From assembly GCF_000092105.1 (NCBI RefSeq), contig NC_014148.1, forward strand, positions 2,280,001-2,312,000: a DNA stretch of 32,000 nt. Reading direction: 5' to 3'. The position numbers and the translations under genes are program-made. Positions within the stretch are counted from its first letter, which is position 1, and the number at the start of each line of letters is the position of its first letter. This document shows positions 1-10,212 of the stretch, one piece after another. Under the pieces are notes generated by a model that was not told where the DNA came from, searched no databases, and was given only the letters and a program-made list of their open reading frames with translations. The DNA comes from Planctopirus limnophila DSM 3776. Its GTDB lineage: Bacteria > Planctomycetota > Planctomycetia > Planctomycetales > Planctomycetaceae.

Positions 1-148
1 CAGCCTGATGACCGGCGGAATCTCCCTGTGGCATGGATCACTCAATAAGTTCAGAAATCGGGAGCAATGGGACGGATCTTCCCAACAAAGCATCCGTCAT
101 GAAAAGGCGAGGCAATAGAAATTGCCTTTCAGATGCAAGATAACGTCC

Positions 149-1516
149 TCAGGATGGATCGTCGTCCTCTGGAAGCCGAGGATTTTCGGGAAAACCTAAA
201 GCCGTATCTTGTCGACGATGCGGCATGGCCTCCTTCGATGACTCAGTAACTTCCCCTTTGCCAGCCAGACCGGATGTTGGCAAGCTCGATGGACTCGTGG
301 TAATCGACTGCGTCATTGGGGCATGACCGTTCTTAAGCTCCAGTGAGGAAGTACTGGGGGGAATGGCAATGTTTAATAGCTGTTCGTGCGGAGTGAGTGT
401 CTGATCGATATTCCCGGGGACTCGCAACTTCTCTGGCAAGCGGCGTTTTTCGCTTCGAAAAGTCCACAGACCTAACATGATCCAGACGGCAACCAGGCCA
501 GCAATCCCATAGGCCCAGACAGGAATGATCAGGGCTGTTTTCTGAATTGGTGGAATCCATTCTATCTCTCCAGCCAGCAGCATCGGAGCTTTCCGCGGTT
601 GGTCTTGGGCTTCATAGCCATACATTTTGAAAAAGTATCCAGCAACGACAACCTCTTCGACAAGATCCCCTCCCAGAGGCATGCCTTCTGGCTTTTGTGT
701 GAAGACGACGACGGTGGGATTGTTTTGCGAGTCCGCAGAGTAAAGCCAGCCTTCATAAACAGTTGTTAACCCCTCGTCATTCGGACCTGGATCGTATTTG
801 ACAAGTTTTCGCAGAGTTCCCCGCAAGACAACCGGCTTTCCCCGATAGACTTCCGGGTGAAGGAACAGATCAACGAATGGCGAAAACTTCTTTTCTGTGG
901 CCGCTTTGGAATCATGAGCAGCAATGCGGGCCTTGCGATACTCAATTGCCAGTTCCTGCAGTTGGGGAAAAGACATGAGGCTGGCAAGCTTGAGAATTCG
1001 AAAATAAGCCTCGCGATCTTCGACTTTTAACCCGAGAGTGCTGTCACGGACATCTTTCAACACTGCAGGATTAATCGAAGCGCCGCCATCCAGTGTGATA
1101 TCGAACTGACCAGCTTTTTTAGCGGGAAGATCACGAATACTTTCGACCGGGCGACCGAGACTGGGAACCGGATCTTCAAATTGGATACCGGAGGGAAGCT
1201 TGTTTTCGGGCCCTCGACGTTCAAGGGTAGGGAAATCTCGCCCCTCCATGGGCGGAAGCGGAGTGGGCAACTCCTGAGATCCGCTACGAGGTGGAGTGAC
1301 GTTTTTTCTCTGATCGGTTTGTGACGCCGCTGGACTCGAAGGAGAGGTTGAGTTCGTTGAAGCTCCACCTGAAGGTGGTAAAGAGGGAAGAGTGCGAACC
1401 GGTGGCTTCACTGGTGGGAGATCGTCAAATTCATCTGAGAACTGAGCCCATGCCAGACTGGCAGAGCAGACCCAGACTCCGATGGAAAAAATTGTCCGTC
1501 GAATTAGCCATGACAT
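149..1516 (-). CDS. Hypothetical exported/membrane protein with a Pro/Ser-rich N-terminal region and one C-proximal transmembrane helix
   Basis: Taken from ORF 149..1594. I chose the internal ATG at 1516 because MSWLIRRTIFSIGVWVCSASLAWA/QF reads as a Sec signal peptide with an AxA site. A hydrophobic helix ALIIPVWAYGIAGLVAVWIMLGLW lies near the C-terminus. No family recognised. Confidence 0.6.
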   Translation of the reverse strand: MSWLIRRTIFSIGVWVCSASLAWAQFSDEFDDLPPVKPPVRTLPSLPPSGGASTNSTSPSSPAASQTDQRKNVTPPRSGSQELPTPLPPMEGRDFPTLERRGPENKLPSGIQFEDPVPSLGRPVESIRDLPAKKAGQFDITLDGGASINPAVLKDVRDSTLGLKVEDREAYFRILKLASLMSFPQLQELAIEYRKARIAAHDSKAATEKKFSPFVDLFLHPEVYRGKPVVLRGTLRKLVKYDPGPNDEGLTTVYEGWLYSADSQNNPTVVVFTQKPEGMPLGGDLVEEVVVAGYFFKMYGYEAQDQPRKAPMLLAGEIEWIPPIQKTALIIPVWAYGIAGLVAVWIMLGLWTFRSEKRRLPEKLRVPGNIDQTLTPHEQLLNIAIPPSTSSLELKNGHAPMTQSITTSPSSLPTSGLAGKGEVTESSKEAMPHRRQDTALGFPENPRLPEDDDPS

Positions 1517-1777
1517 GATTGACCATCCTCTTTGCGGGCAGGCACTCCAGCTTGATCTGCACACCCTCCAGCAATGACTTATACCGTGTTGCACCAGTCT
1601 CTACAGTTTTACAAAAGCACGCAAACCTCCTGCTTGTTCGCAGATTGTGCCGTGGTGGAAGTGGAGTGTCGAGTCGTCTCTGGCTGAATCTCCGAAACCG
1701 AAGCCATCGATAGCAGAGAATCGAGCTGTACGAATAAAAGACTGCGGGTTGTTTCAACACCACCTCGAAAGAGAATC

Positions 1778-2737
1778 TCAAAGTGATGGACTCGCCTCAC
1801 ACCGGCAGCGTCCGGTTCCGAAGTCCGATCCACTGCGAATGCGAAAGCTCATGAATTGTTCATCGCGCCTTAGAATAGTGACATGCAAAGGCTCACCCGG
1901 CGGGTGCTTGGAAATAGCCGCGACCATTTGTCGCAATGTGGGATTTTCCACGTCATCGATCGAAAGGATGCGATCTCCGGGACGTAAGCCGACTCGCGCT
2001 GCCGGAGAATTGGGAACAATACGATCAATCACCACGTTCGAGCCAAAAGGCATCGCACCGATGACCCCCAGACACCCATTGACTTCTGTACTGATCTGAA
2101 GACGAGGATACCACTGCCGCAGTGCCGCCAATTCTTCACCGGGAATATCGAGTTTATCTGAAACATAAAGGACATGAAGAGTATTGAGCCGCTTCAGATG
2201 TTTCAGCCCTTCGCGACCTCCGGTATAGCGGTCATCCAACAGCACAAATTCAAAAGTCGTCGAATTTCCGATGAAATGATCATTCACCGATTCGACCTGT
2301 GCGCCGAGGCGAGACAAATGATCGATCGCCCGCATTCGGCGGACTGAAAAGTTTTCAGACAATGCATCAAATGCAGCATCGGCCACTTCTTTATGATGAT
2401 ATGTCGTTAACGCTTCGATGGCCGAGAGAGCCGCTTCACCAGCTTCATTCTCATCGAGAACGGTCATATCAGAGAGAACATGAATCAACGGACGGCATCG
2501 ATCGGGAGCCTGTTTGATCTGAGTCACAATCTCCGGGACAACATTCTGGCCCGCCTTGATTAACTCTTCTGCAGCACGGCGTCGATTCGAGGAAGATCCA
2601 CTGTTGAGATCGCGAATGCTTTTTGATGTCAGTTCGGGGCGACTCAATTCACCCCTGGGATTGGACGTTATGGCAAACCAGAGAATCAATCCGAGAATGA
2701 GAGCGATAACCACATATCGACCAGGAATGGGCAGCAT
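1778..2737 (-). CDS. Membrane-anchored PDZ domain-containing protein
   Basis: 319 aa ORF with an ATG start. N-terminal hydrophobic anchor YVVIALILGLILWFAI. The C-terminal stretch GVIGAMPFGSNVVIDRIVPNSPAARVGLRPGDRILSIDDVENPTL is a typical PDZ signature. Confidence 0.7.
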   Translation of the reverse strand: MLPIPGRYVVIALILGLILWFAITSNPRGELSRPELTSKSIRDLNSGSSSNRRRAAEELIKAGQNVVPEIVTQIKQAPDRCRPLIHVLSDMTVLDENEAGEAALSAIEALTTYHHKEVADAAFDALSENFSVRRMRAIDHLSRLGAQVESVNDHFIGNSTTFEFVLLDDRYTGGREGLKHLKRLNTLHVLYVSDKLDIPGEELAALRQWYPRLQISTEVNGCLGVIGAMPFGSNVVIDRIVPNSPAARVGLRPGDRILSIDDVENPTLRQMVAAISKHPPGEPLHVTILRRDEQFMSFRIRSGSDFGTGRCRCEASPSL

Positions 2738-2825
2738 TTGTTCCTCGCTCTACGGTGTTTTGATTACAGCTTGTTTGAAAGGATTGCACCATTAACAACA
2801 AAAGATCCCGTGGCAGAACGAGTCA

Positions 2826-3053
2826 TTATTCAGGGCGAACCATCACCTGTAATTGATCATCAAAATGCTCATCCATTTCCACTGTGATCACATTGGGACA
2901 ACAACAGACGGGGCAATCTTCGACATACTCCTGAAAGCTTCCCTGTGAAAGGTCAACTGGCACAATAATCTCTTCGCCGCACGAAGGACAGATGTAAGCG
3001 GCTTCGAGAAATGTGCTGCGCTGCCGGCGCCGACGTCGCTGAGGTTTTGTCAT
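2826..3053 (-). CDS. CPXCG motif-containing cysteine-rich small protein (zinc-ribbon-like)
   Basis: 75 aa with CPSCG...CPVCCCPN, matching the CPXCG ... CxxCC pattern of the Cys_rich_CPXG family. Basic N-terminus, ATG start at 3053. Confidence 0.75.
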   Translation of the reverse strand: MTKPQRRRRRQRSTFLEAAYICPSCGEEIIVPVDLSQGSFQEYVEDCPVCCCPNVITVEMDEHFDDQLQVMVRPE

Positions 3054-3348
3054 CCTTCAAATCCTGAATTTCGATTTCATGACAGCAACACCTCCACGCC
3101 CTGTTCTGTGAGGGCATTTGACCTCTCAAGGATGATAGCCAGCAGCTTCAAATTCACCGGGAGATGGTACCCGCAGACAGTTGCAGCCGTTCATGATGAC
3201 TTTTTGCAGCGATCCCTGGTTGCAAAAAAACGACAAATTCTGACGAATCGTTACATTTGGCAGCGCCTGTCGCGAATTTTCCACGCAAATCAAGAAAATT
3301 CCTCACCTCGAACTTGAGAACTCTCTGTAACAGTGAAATAGTTCAAAA

Positions 3349-4035
3349 ATGCTCAAGTTCGGCGAAAAACTGCTCCCGTCCTCCTGCTTGTCGTACCTGG
3401 CCTTTCGTCTGGCCTGGCGGCAAACGGTCGAGGCACTCATTTATCAGCAGCAACCTCTCGAAGATCGATACCAGACGCTTTCAGGCGAAGATTTCCTGGC
3501 ATTCGAGAAAAAGAAACCAACAACTTCAGGTTTTCTGTGCGAAGTCCCTTTTCTGTCGGAAGTCGCTCCGCAGGTGCAGCTGGATTTACTTTCCAATTTC
3601 TGGTCGCGACACATCAGTCTGGCGAGCTATCGAGCCTCACTTCTGGATGAAGCAATTCTGTATGCCGCCTGTGAATCTGCAGCGAGTCTGCTGGAGCATG
3701 ATCCTCATGCAGTGCCACTCCATCTGAAGGGTGGGCCACTGGATGTGACTTTTCCCGTGGACGAATCACTCTCAGCCGAGATTCGCAAGCTCTATCTGGA
3801 TCTGCCCAGCGAAGGCGATTACTTACTGATCGGGCAATTCCTGGACGTACCTCCCGAAGAGTGCCGCAAGCTCAAGAAGAAGTTTGGCCTGCGATCCATC
3901 GAAACAGAGGAGCTATTCGACCTCCTCGGACGCTGGACCATTCAGCCAGCCATGAATGACCGTCTGGCTGGACTGCTCTCGCCCCACGAGATATCCAGAC
4001 TCCGCAAGATTTTGGATCGTCATATTCGCATCTGA
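3349..4035 (+). CDS. Hypothetical protein
   Basis: 228 aa ORF with an ATG start and ordinary amino-acid composition. It is the longest ORF in this interval. No recognised motif. Confidence 0.5.
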   Translation: MLKFGEKLLPSSCLSYLAFRLAWRQTVEALIYQQQPLEDRYQTLSGEDFLAFEKKKPTTSGFLCEVPFLSEVAPQVQLDLLSNFWSRHISLASYRASLLDEAILYAACESAASLLEHDPHAVPLHLKGGPLDVTFPVDESLSAEIRKLYLDLPSEGDYLLIGQFLDVPPEECRKLKKKFGLRSIETEELFDLLGRWTIQPAMNDRLAGLLSPHEISRLRKILDRHIRI

Positions 4036-4169
4036 GAATTACCCATCTCTCGATAGATGGCAGAATCAATCTCTTCAAACCAATGCTGCAGCGAGAGCAA
4101 TCTGCTCATCGATTCGCATCCATCTCCATAATGTTGAATGCCTGACGCAGCGAAAGTTCCCTGTTCATC

Positions 4170-4958
4170 TCAGCGAGAAAGTGCATACAGCAGAATCCCG
4201 GTCGCGACGGAGACATTGAGCGAACCCACAGCTCCCTGGCTCGGAATCGTGCAGACTTCATCGCACAGTTCAAGTGTGAGACGCCTCAATCCACCTTCTT
4301 CGTTACCAATCACGATCAACCAGGGACGATCGGCCTTGATCGACGAAAGTGGCTGCTGGGCATGCTCCGATGTCCCTAAGACCCAGACACCACTTTTCTT
4401 GGCAAGCTCGAGGGCACGGGCGAGGTTGGGGGGTTGTGCAAAAGGAATCGATTCCAGTCCACCTGCAGAAACATCGTAGGCCGTCCCTGAAAGCGGTGCG
4501 GAACGGTCTCTCGTGGCAATGATGCCGCGAACTCCGAAAAATGCAGCAGCCCGGAACACGGCTCCCACATTGTGAGGATCTTGCAGGCAATCCAGTGCCA
4601 GCCAGATGCCATGCCGATTACTTTCCACTCCGCCGGATGCATCACTCTTTTGTGCTAATGGGCCTGGTGGAGCAATTTCAAAGAGCTGCTCAACTGTTAA
4701 AGGTGCCCGGTCGCGAACGGTGGCTTCCGAACTGCTTTGCCTTTCGAACTTTCCACCGCGATCTTTTCCGCTCGCGGGACGTTCAGAACCACTGGAGGGC
4801 AGGGCCGTTCGAATGGGAATGCGATGTACTCTCGCCTGTTCAAGTACTTCGCTCCAGGCACTGGAAGGATTAGCTGTGGTGATAATTTCGAGTACATCGT
4901 GTGGTCGATATTGCAGGGCAGCAAGGACACTATGAGGATTTCGCAGGGTGACTGTCAC
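4170..4958 (-). CDS. SpoU/TrmH-family RNA 2'-O-methyltransferase (RlmB-like)
   Basis: SPOUT motifs are present: LDCLQDPHNVGAVFRAAAFFG, LVIGNEEGGLRRLTLELCDEVCTIP and GSLNVSVATGILLY. The start at 4958 is a GTG. An N-terminal substrate-binding-like segment is followed by a low-complexity linker. Confidence 0.85.
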   Translation of the reverse strand: MTVTLRNPHSVLAALQYRPHDVLEIITTANPSSAWSEVLEQARVHRIPIRTALPSSGSERPASGKDRGGKFERQSSSEATVRDRAPLTVEQLFEIAPPGPLAQKSDASGGVESNRHGIWLALDCLQDPHNVGAVFRAAAFFGVRGIIATRDRSAPLSGTAYDVSAGGLESIPFAQPPNLARALELAKKSGVWVLGTSEHAQQPLSSIKADRPWLIVIGNEEGGLRRLTLELCDEVCTIPSQGAVGSLNVSVATGILLYALSR

Positions 4959-5008
4959 AGAAGACTTTCCATGGTAAAGAGAGGCAATTCGCCATACTGA
5001 ATTTGCTA

Positions 5009-5836
5009 TTAAATCTTCAAAGATTGCCGCTGAATTTCGGCCAGTAAGATCCCGGCAGCCACAGCAGCATTCAAAGACGATGTTTGCCCCGCCATGGGGA
5101 TCCGGACCTGAATATCACAAGCTGATAGCAGAGCAGAGGAAACACCTTTCCCTTCGTTGCCGATAATCAGACACAGCGGTGCGGGGATCACGACATTCCA
5201 GAGGGATTGCTCACTCTTCTCTGTAGCAGCCAGGATTTTCATGCCCCTCGACTTTAACTGATCGATCGCTCGGTCGAGGGCTGGAACGCGATAGATTGGC
5301 AGAAAGTTGACAGCACCGGCAGAACTTCTTGCTGCCTGACTGTTCACACCCGACTGACCTTTTTCCGGAAGCACGATCCCACCGGCTCCCAAGGCTTCTG
5401 CACAGCGAATAATGGCACCCAGATTGAAGCTGTCTTGAATTCCATCGAGGATGACCAGCAGCGCCGGGAGTTGTGCCTGGAACAGACCTTCAAAATCCGC
5501 ATAAGGAAACTCGGGCATCCGGGCAGCCAGCCCCTGATGATCTTCCGCTCGAATCAAACGGGAGAGCTGATCAGCAGTCGAAGCCACGAGTTGGATCCCG
5601 ACTGCTTCACAAAGATTTTTGAGTGAAGTCGAATGGGCTTCTTCTATGGAATCGCCCAGTGGGAAATCGCCCACTATGGGATCGCCTAGAGGATCATGCG
5701 GCGAAAATCGATGAGAATCGTAATGCAACTCAAGAGGAATCCAGTATTTGGCGTGAATCGTCGCCGATACGAGGTGGCGTCCCCAGATCCAAGAACGATT
5801 ATGGTTTCCAAGTAGTTTCGGCACCGAAAATCTCAA
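5009..5836 (-). CDS. SpoU/TrmH-family RNA 2'-O-methyltransferase (RlmB-like), second tandem copy
   Basis: Motifs LDGIQDSFNLGAIIRCAEALG, LIIGNEGKGVSSALLSACDIQVRIP and SSLNAAVAAGILL. The N-terminal IWGRHLVSATI resembles the RlmB N-terminus. The start is uncertain: TTG at 5836 or GTG at 5824. Confidence 0.85.
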   Translation of the reverse strand: MRFSVPKLLGNHNRSWIWGRHLVSATIHAKYWIPLELHYDSHRFSPHDPLGDPIVGDFPLGDSIEEAHSTSLKNLCEAVGIQLVASTADQLSRLIRAEDHQGLAARMPEFPYADFEGLFQAQLPALLVILDGIQDSFNLGAIIRCAEALGAGGIVLPEKGQSGVNSQAARSSAGAVNFLPIYRVPALDRAIDQLKSRGMKILAATEKSEQSLWNVVIPAPLCLIIGNEGKGVSSALLSACDIQVRIPMAGQTSSLNAAVAAGILLAEIQRQSLKI

Positions 5837-6112
5837 ATCTCTGTTGGCAGGTTCTGTAGCAAGGTCGCAAAAGAGAGCCTGCTGATTTCAAATGTCGACG
5901 GGGTCAATCTGGCATTGTCAGGCATGGAACGATCACTCGAACTCGACCCCAGCCAACGTCTTTGCTGTCGCCCTATCAGACAGTTGTCGAGATTCTCTTG
6001 TATGAGGATAAGAACAGGACTTGCCAATTGCGAGCAGTGAGGCGACACTCGTTGAATTCCTTTGCCAACTGGCAATAGCAGGTCATGACCCTCACGACGA
6101 GTTCAGCATAAG

Positions 6113-6931
<819 letters not shown>

Positions 6932-7052
6932 GAGCTTCTCAATGAGAGGAACTCTCATTGAGAAGAATTGTTGGAACAAGGATTGATTTCGAGCAGGTCC
7001 AAGGCAACACTCTAACGAACATTAGAATGTTGTTCCTCCAGGAGTCTGCCGT

Positions 7053-8132
7053 ATGCCTGCCTATACTCCCCGTTCCAAAGCCAACTCAATCCGCCCTGGA
7101 TTCACATTGATCGAACTGCTGGTGGTCATTGCCATCATTGCCATTCTGATCGCCTTGCTGTTACCAGCCGTCCAGCAAGCCCGGGAAGCCGCCCGTCGGA
7201 CACAATGCAAAAACAACCTCAAGCAACTTGGGTTGGCACTACACAACTACCACAGTTCTCTCAACACATTCCCGCCAAGCATGTCTCATGGTGGAGCGGC
7301 CAGTTACACGGGTGGCTCCAACTGGAGTGTGCTGGCGTTTCTGACACCTTATCTGGATCAGAGCAATGTCTATAACGCGATGAATGTCAACTTCCCGACC
7401 TACGATGCGACGTTCAACATCAGTGCGCCGAATCGCGTAGCTGCGGGAACCATCGTCCCCTCGTTCCTGTGCCCGAGTGATCGTGGAACCGCCATTATCA
7501 GCAATGTGCTGGGTGTCACGACCGGTTTAGGACCAACAAATTATGTGGCCTGTAATGGAACGGGAACAATTGGGCGCGATGGGCTGACAACGGGTGGAAC
7601 CAGCACGAACTACCCTGGCTCGCCTTACCAAACCGATGGTGTGCTCTATGCCAATTCGAGAACACGTATTGGCGATATCACCGATGGTACGAGTAACACG
7701 ATCTGTTTCTCCGAATCACTCCTGGGTGATCGCACAGCCAATGGAACGACCTTAAGAGAACGTGCCTTCGCCGTCGCAACTCCCTCCTATTCCTACAGTA
7801 CCTTCAACGATGCTGGTTGCACTTCTGCAACCACCTGGGCTGATGGAACCGCCAGAAATCCCAAGGGCTACAGTTGGATCCACGGTGAAATCGGAGCGGC
7901 CTCATACAATCATTACTACGGGCCGAATTCAAGAAGCTATGACTGTGGTGGCAATGCCCTTGAGCTGGGCGGTACTGCCGTTGGCTGGCGTGCAGCGAGA
8001 AGCATGCATAGTGGCGGAGTCCATACCCTATTGGCAGATGGCGCTGTTCGTTTTGCCAGCGAGAATATCGACCTCGCGGTATGGCGATCCCTTTCCACCA
8101 GAGATGGGCGTGAAGTCACGAGTGAATTCTAG
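7053..8132 (+). CDS. DUF1559 / H-X9-DG prepilin-like protein with an N-terminal cleavage/methylation domain
   Basis: N-terminus [52 protein letters not shown]-terminal [17 protein letters not shown] gives the H-X9-DG motif. AGGAG lies 7 nt upstream of the ATG. Confidence 0.95.
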   Translation: MPAYTPRSKANSIRPGFTLIELLVVIAIIAILIALLLPAVQQAREAARRTQCKNNLKQLGLALHNYHSSLNTFPPSMSHGGAASYTGGSNWSVLAFLTPYLDQSNVYNAMNVNFPTYDATFNISAPNRVAAGTIVPSFLCPSDRGTAIISNVLGVTTGLGPTNYVACNGTGTIGRDGLTTGGTSTNYPGSPYQTDGVLYANSRTRIGDITDGTSNTICFSESLLGDRTANGTTLRERAFAVATPSYSYSTFNDAGCTSATTWADGTARNPKGYSWIHGEIGAASYNHYYGPNSRSYDCGGNALELGGTAVGWRAARSMHSGGVHTLLADGAVRFASENIDLAVWRSLSTRDGREVTSEF

Positions 8133-8383
8133 TTTCCTGGCCCCTCGCACTTCAATCTACATACAAAACCAGCCACCACAGATAGCCGCCATGAACCTTG
8201 ATCAGAGATCGTCGAGGTACGATCTACTCCCCGATGATTGACAGCAGCAGAACTGATTCTTAGTCGTTGATCTTGCAGTATTATGTCAGAATCAATCATA
8301 GGCGTGCTGAGATCATGCCCGCCCCGATCGATCGACCCGAAATCGCAGATGACATTCTGCCCGACGGGCGTTAATCTCAAGCG

Positions 8384-8722
8384 ATGGAAGAGAATCCTGA
8401 CGCAACTGCCCGTCCCATCGAATGTGCCGAAAAGCTCAAAGTTCTCGGCGAACCGATCCGGTTTCGCCTGATCGAGGCTTTGCAGGCTGGTTCTATGGCA
8501 GTGGGTGATCTGGCGGAATTGCTGGAATTGCCACTGATGCTCGTTTCTCATCATCTGAAAGTTCTGCTCGAGTACGGATTTGTCCAGAGGCAGAAAGAAG
8601 GTCGTTTCGTCTATTACTCTCTGGGAGACGACGTCCTGCGCATGAACAAGCTCAATCTCGGCTGCTGCGAACTCAGCTTTCCTGCTTCGCAAGATCAGCG
8701 AACCAAGTCGGGTGGTAAGTAG
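8384..8722 (+). CDS. ArsR/SmtB-family winged-helix transcriptional regulator
   Basis: LGEPIRFRLIEALQAGSMAVGDLAELLELPLMLVSHHLKVLLEYGFVQRQKEGRFVYYSL is a canonical ArsR helix-turn-helix plus wing. The 198 aa ORF on the opposite strand has no such signal. Confidence 0.9.
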   Translation: MEENPDATARPIECAEKLKVLGEPIRFRLIEALQAGSMAVGDLAELLELPLMLVSHHLKVLLEYGFVQRQKEGRFVYYSLGDDVLRMNKLNLGCCELSFPASQDQRTKSGGK

Positions 8723-8802
8723 CAATCAGCTTCTAATGACTTGAAGTCGATACCCTCATACTCGGCTTTCCGACTTCGATCTGCGATCTTCGTCAGGAGC
8801 GA

Positions 8803-9861
8803 TCATTGGAATAATCTCAATTGCGAACTTTGAGGTGCGGGTCTGCTGAACTGCGAACAATCAAGAGGCGCAAAGTTCTTGAAGCCATACTTTTGCTGAA
8901 AGACCTGGAACATTGTTTTGATTTGTTCAGCGATCTGACCTGCCCCTGTCATCCGCTGGCCCCAGGAAGAGTTATTCAGGCCTCCCTGCCGTGTGTCTCT
9001 GATGAGGCTTTCCACCTTTTCCGCTTTAAGGGGTTGAGTCCGTCTCAGCCATTCCAGAAAAACGGGTTCAACAGTCAGTGGCAATCTCAGTAAGACATAG
9101 CCAGCAGCCTGAGCACCCGCTTCACGAGCAGATTTCATGATTTGCGGCATCTCGTGATCATTGAGGCCGGGAATCATGGGCGCAACCATGACTCTGACAG
9201 GGATCCCCTCTTTCGCCAGAAGTTCAATGGCCCGCAGTCGAGCTGAGGGAATACTGGTGCGAGGCTCCATCTCTCGAGCCAGTTGAGGCTTAAGAGTGGT
9301 GATCGAGATGGCCACATGCACCAGATTCCGCGCAGCCAGCGACGCCAGTAACTGCTTATCTCTCACGACCAGTGCATTCTTGGTGATCAGCGTGACCGGT
9401 TGACTGAACTCATCGGCCACTTCGAGGCATTGGCGAGTTAGTCCCAACTCTCGTTCGATGGGTTGATAGCAATCGGTCACTCCACTGAAAGCGATAGGTT
9501 CCGACTGCCAAGATCGACGCGAGAGAAACTTTCTCAGAAGAGTTGATGCATCTCGTTTGACAACAATTTTGGTTTCAAAATCGAGACCCGCATTCAACCC
9601 CAGATACTCATGCGAATTTCGGGCATAACAATAGCTACAGCCGTGGATGCAGCCGCGATAAGGATTGACGCTATATCGAAACGGGATGTCCGGTGAATTG
9701 TTCTCAGAGACGATGGTCTGGGATGAATCTTCGATCAATTCAATCGGGCGATGTTCCCGTTGATGCAAGTATTCTTCGTCCCATTCGAGATGCTCCAGGT
9801 CGGGCACCGCGTGGGTGTTTTCGAAGCGATTGGGAGGATCGAGGTGAGATCCGTGCCGCAT
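8803..9861 (-). CDS. PA0069-family radical SAM protein (SplB/COG1533-like)
   Basis: N-terminal PPNRFE motif. NPYRGCIHGCSYCYAR provides the CxxxCxxC cluster. 352 aa, ATG start. Confidence 0.9.
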   Translation of the reverse strand: MRHGSHLDPPNRFENTHAVPDLEHLEWDEEYLHQREHRPIELIEDSSQTIVSENNSPDIPFRYSVNPYRGCIHGCSYCYARNSHEYLGLNAGLDFETKIVVKRDASTLLRKFLSRRSWQSEPIAFSGVTDCYQPIERELGLTRQCLEVADEFSQPVTLITKNALVVRDKQLLASLAARNLVHVAISITTLKPQLAREMEPRTSIPSARLRAIELLAKEGIPVRVMVAPMIPGLNDHEMPQIMKSAREAGAQAAGYVLLRLPLTVEPVFLEWLRRTQPLKAEKVESLIRDTRQGGLNNSSWGQRMTGAGQIAEQIKTMFQVFQQKYGFKNFAPLDCSQFSRPAPQSSQLRLFQ

Positions 9862-10212
9862 GCATTGACCCTCAGAAGTACTGACCCGAGCACGAATCTA
9901 TACGCAAGTACACATCCATGGCAAGTGATTTTCTATATGTGAGTCGGAAAGAAAAAGGATCTGGGCATTCGACTGGCAGAATGCTATTCGATCTGATGAG
10001 TCGACCCGGGTGGCCAATCGTGCATTGTTGCCTGCTGCACTCCCACAAGCTGACTGCTCAATGCAATCAGCGACGTCAAATGAGGCCGATGATCTTCAGC
10101 CAGTCTTGTGAAGCCGAAAGAACCAGATTAGCTTTTTCATGATGTCGAGAGAGCTGCATAGACCGAGTGTAGTGATTGTTGCAGACTCCACACCGATCCG
10201 GGAGACGCTTTG

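Noticed and set aside
2-118. Open frame entering from the left edge (…SLMTGGISLWHGSLNKFRNREQWDGSSQQSIRHEKARQ*) with a GGCAAT/ATTGCC hairpin at 111-126
   Set aside because: Only 38 codons are visible and there is no motif. I cannot tell the end of a real gene from chance, so it is left unannotated.
5640-5700. Short nucleotide repeat ATCGCCCA / ATCGCCCAC / ATCGCCTAG
   Set aside because: It lies inside the SpoU gene and simply encodes a repeated PLGD/VGD peptide. It is not an independent repeat element.
8129-8725. 198 aa ORF on the minus strand covering the ArsR gene
   Set aside because: The plus-strand frame gives a textbook ArsR helix-turn-helix, and the minus-strand product has no signature.
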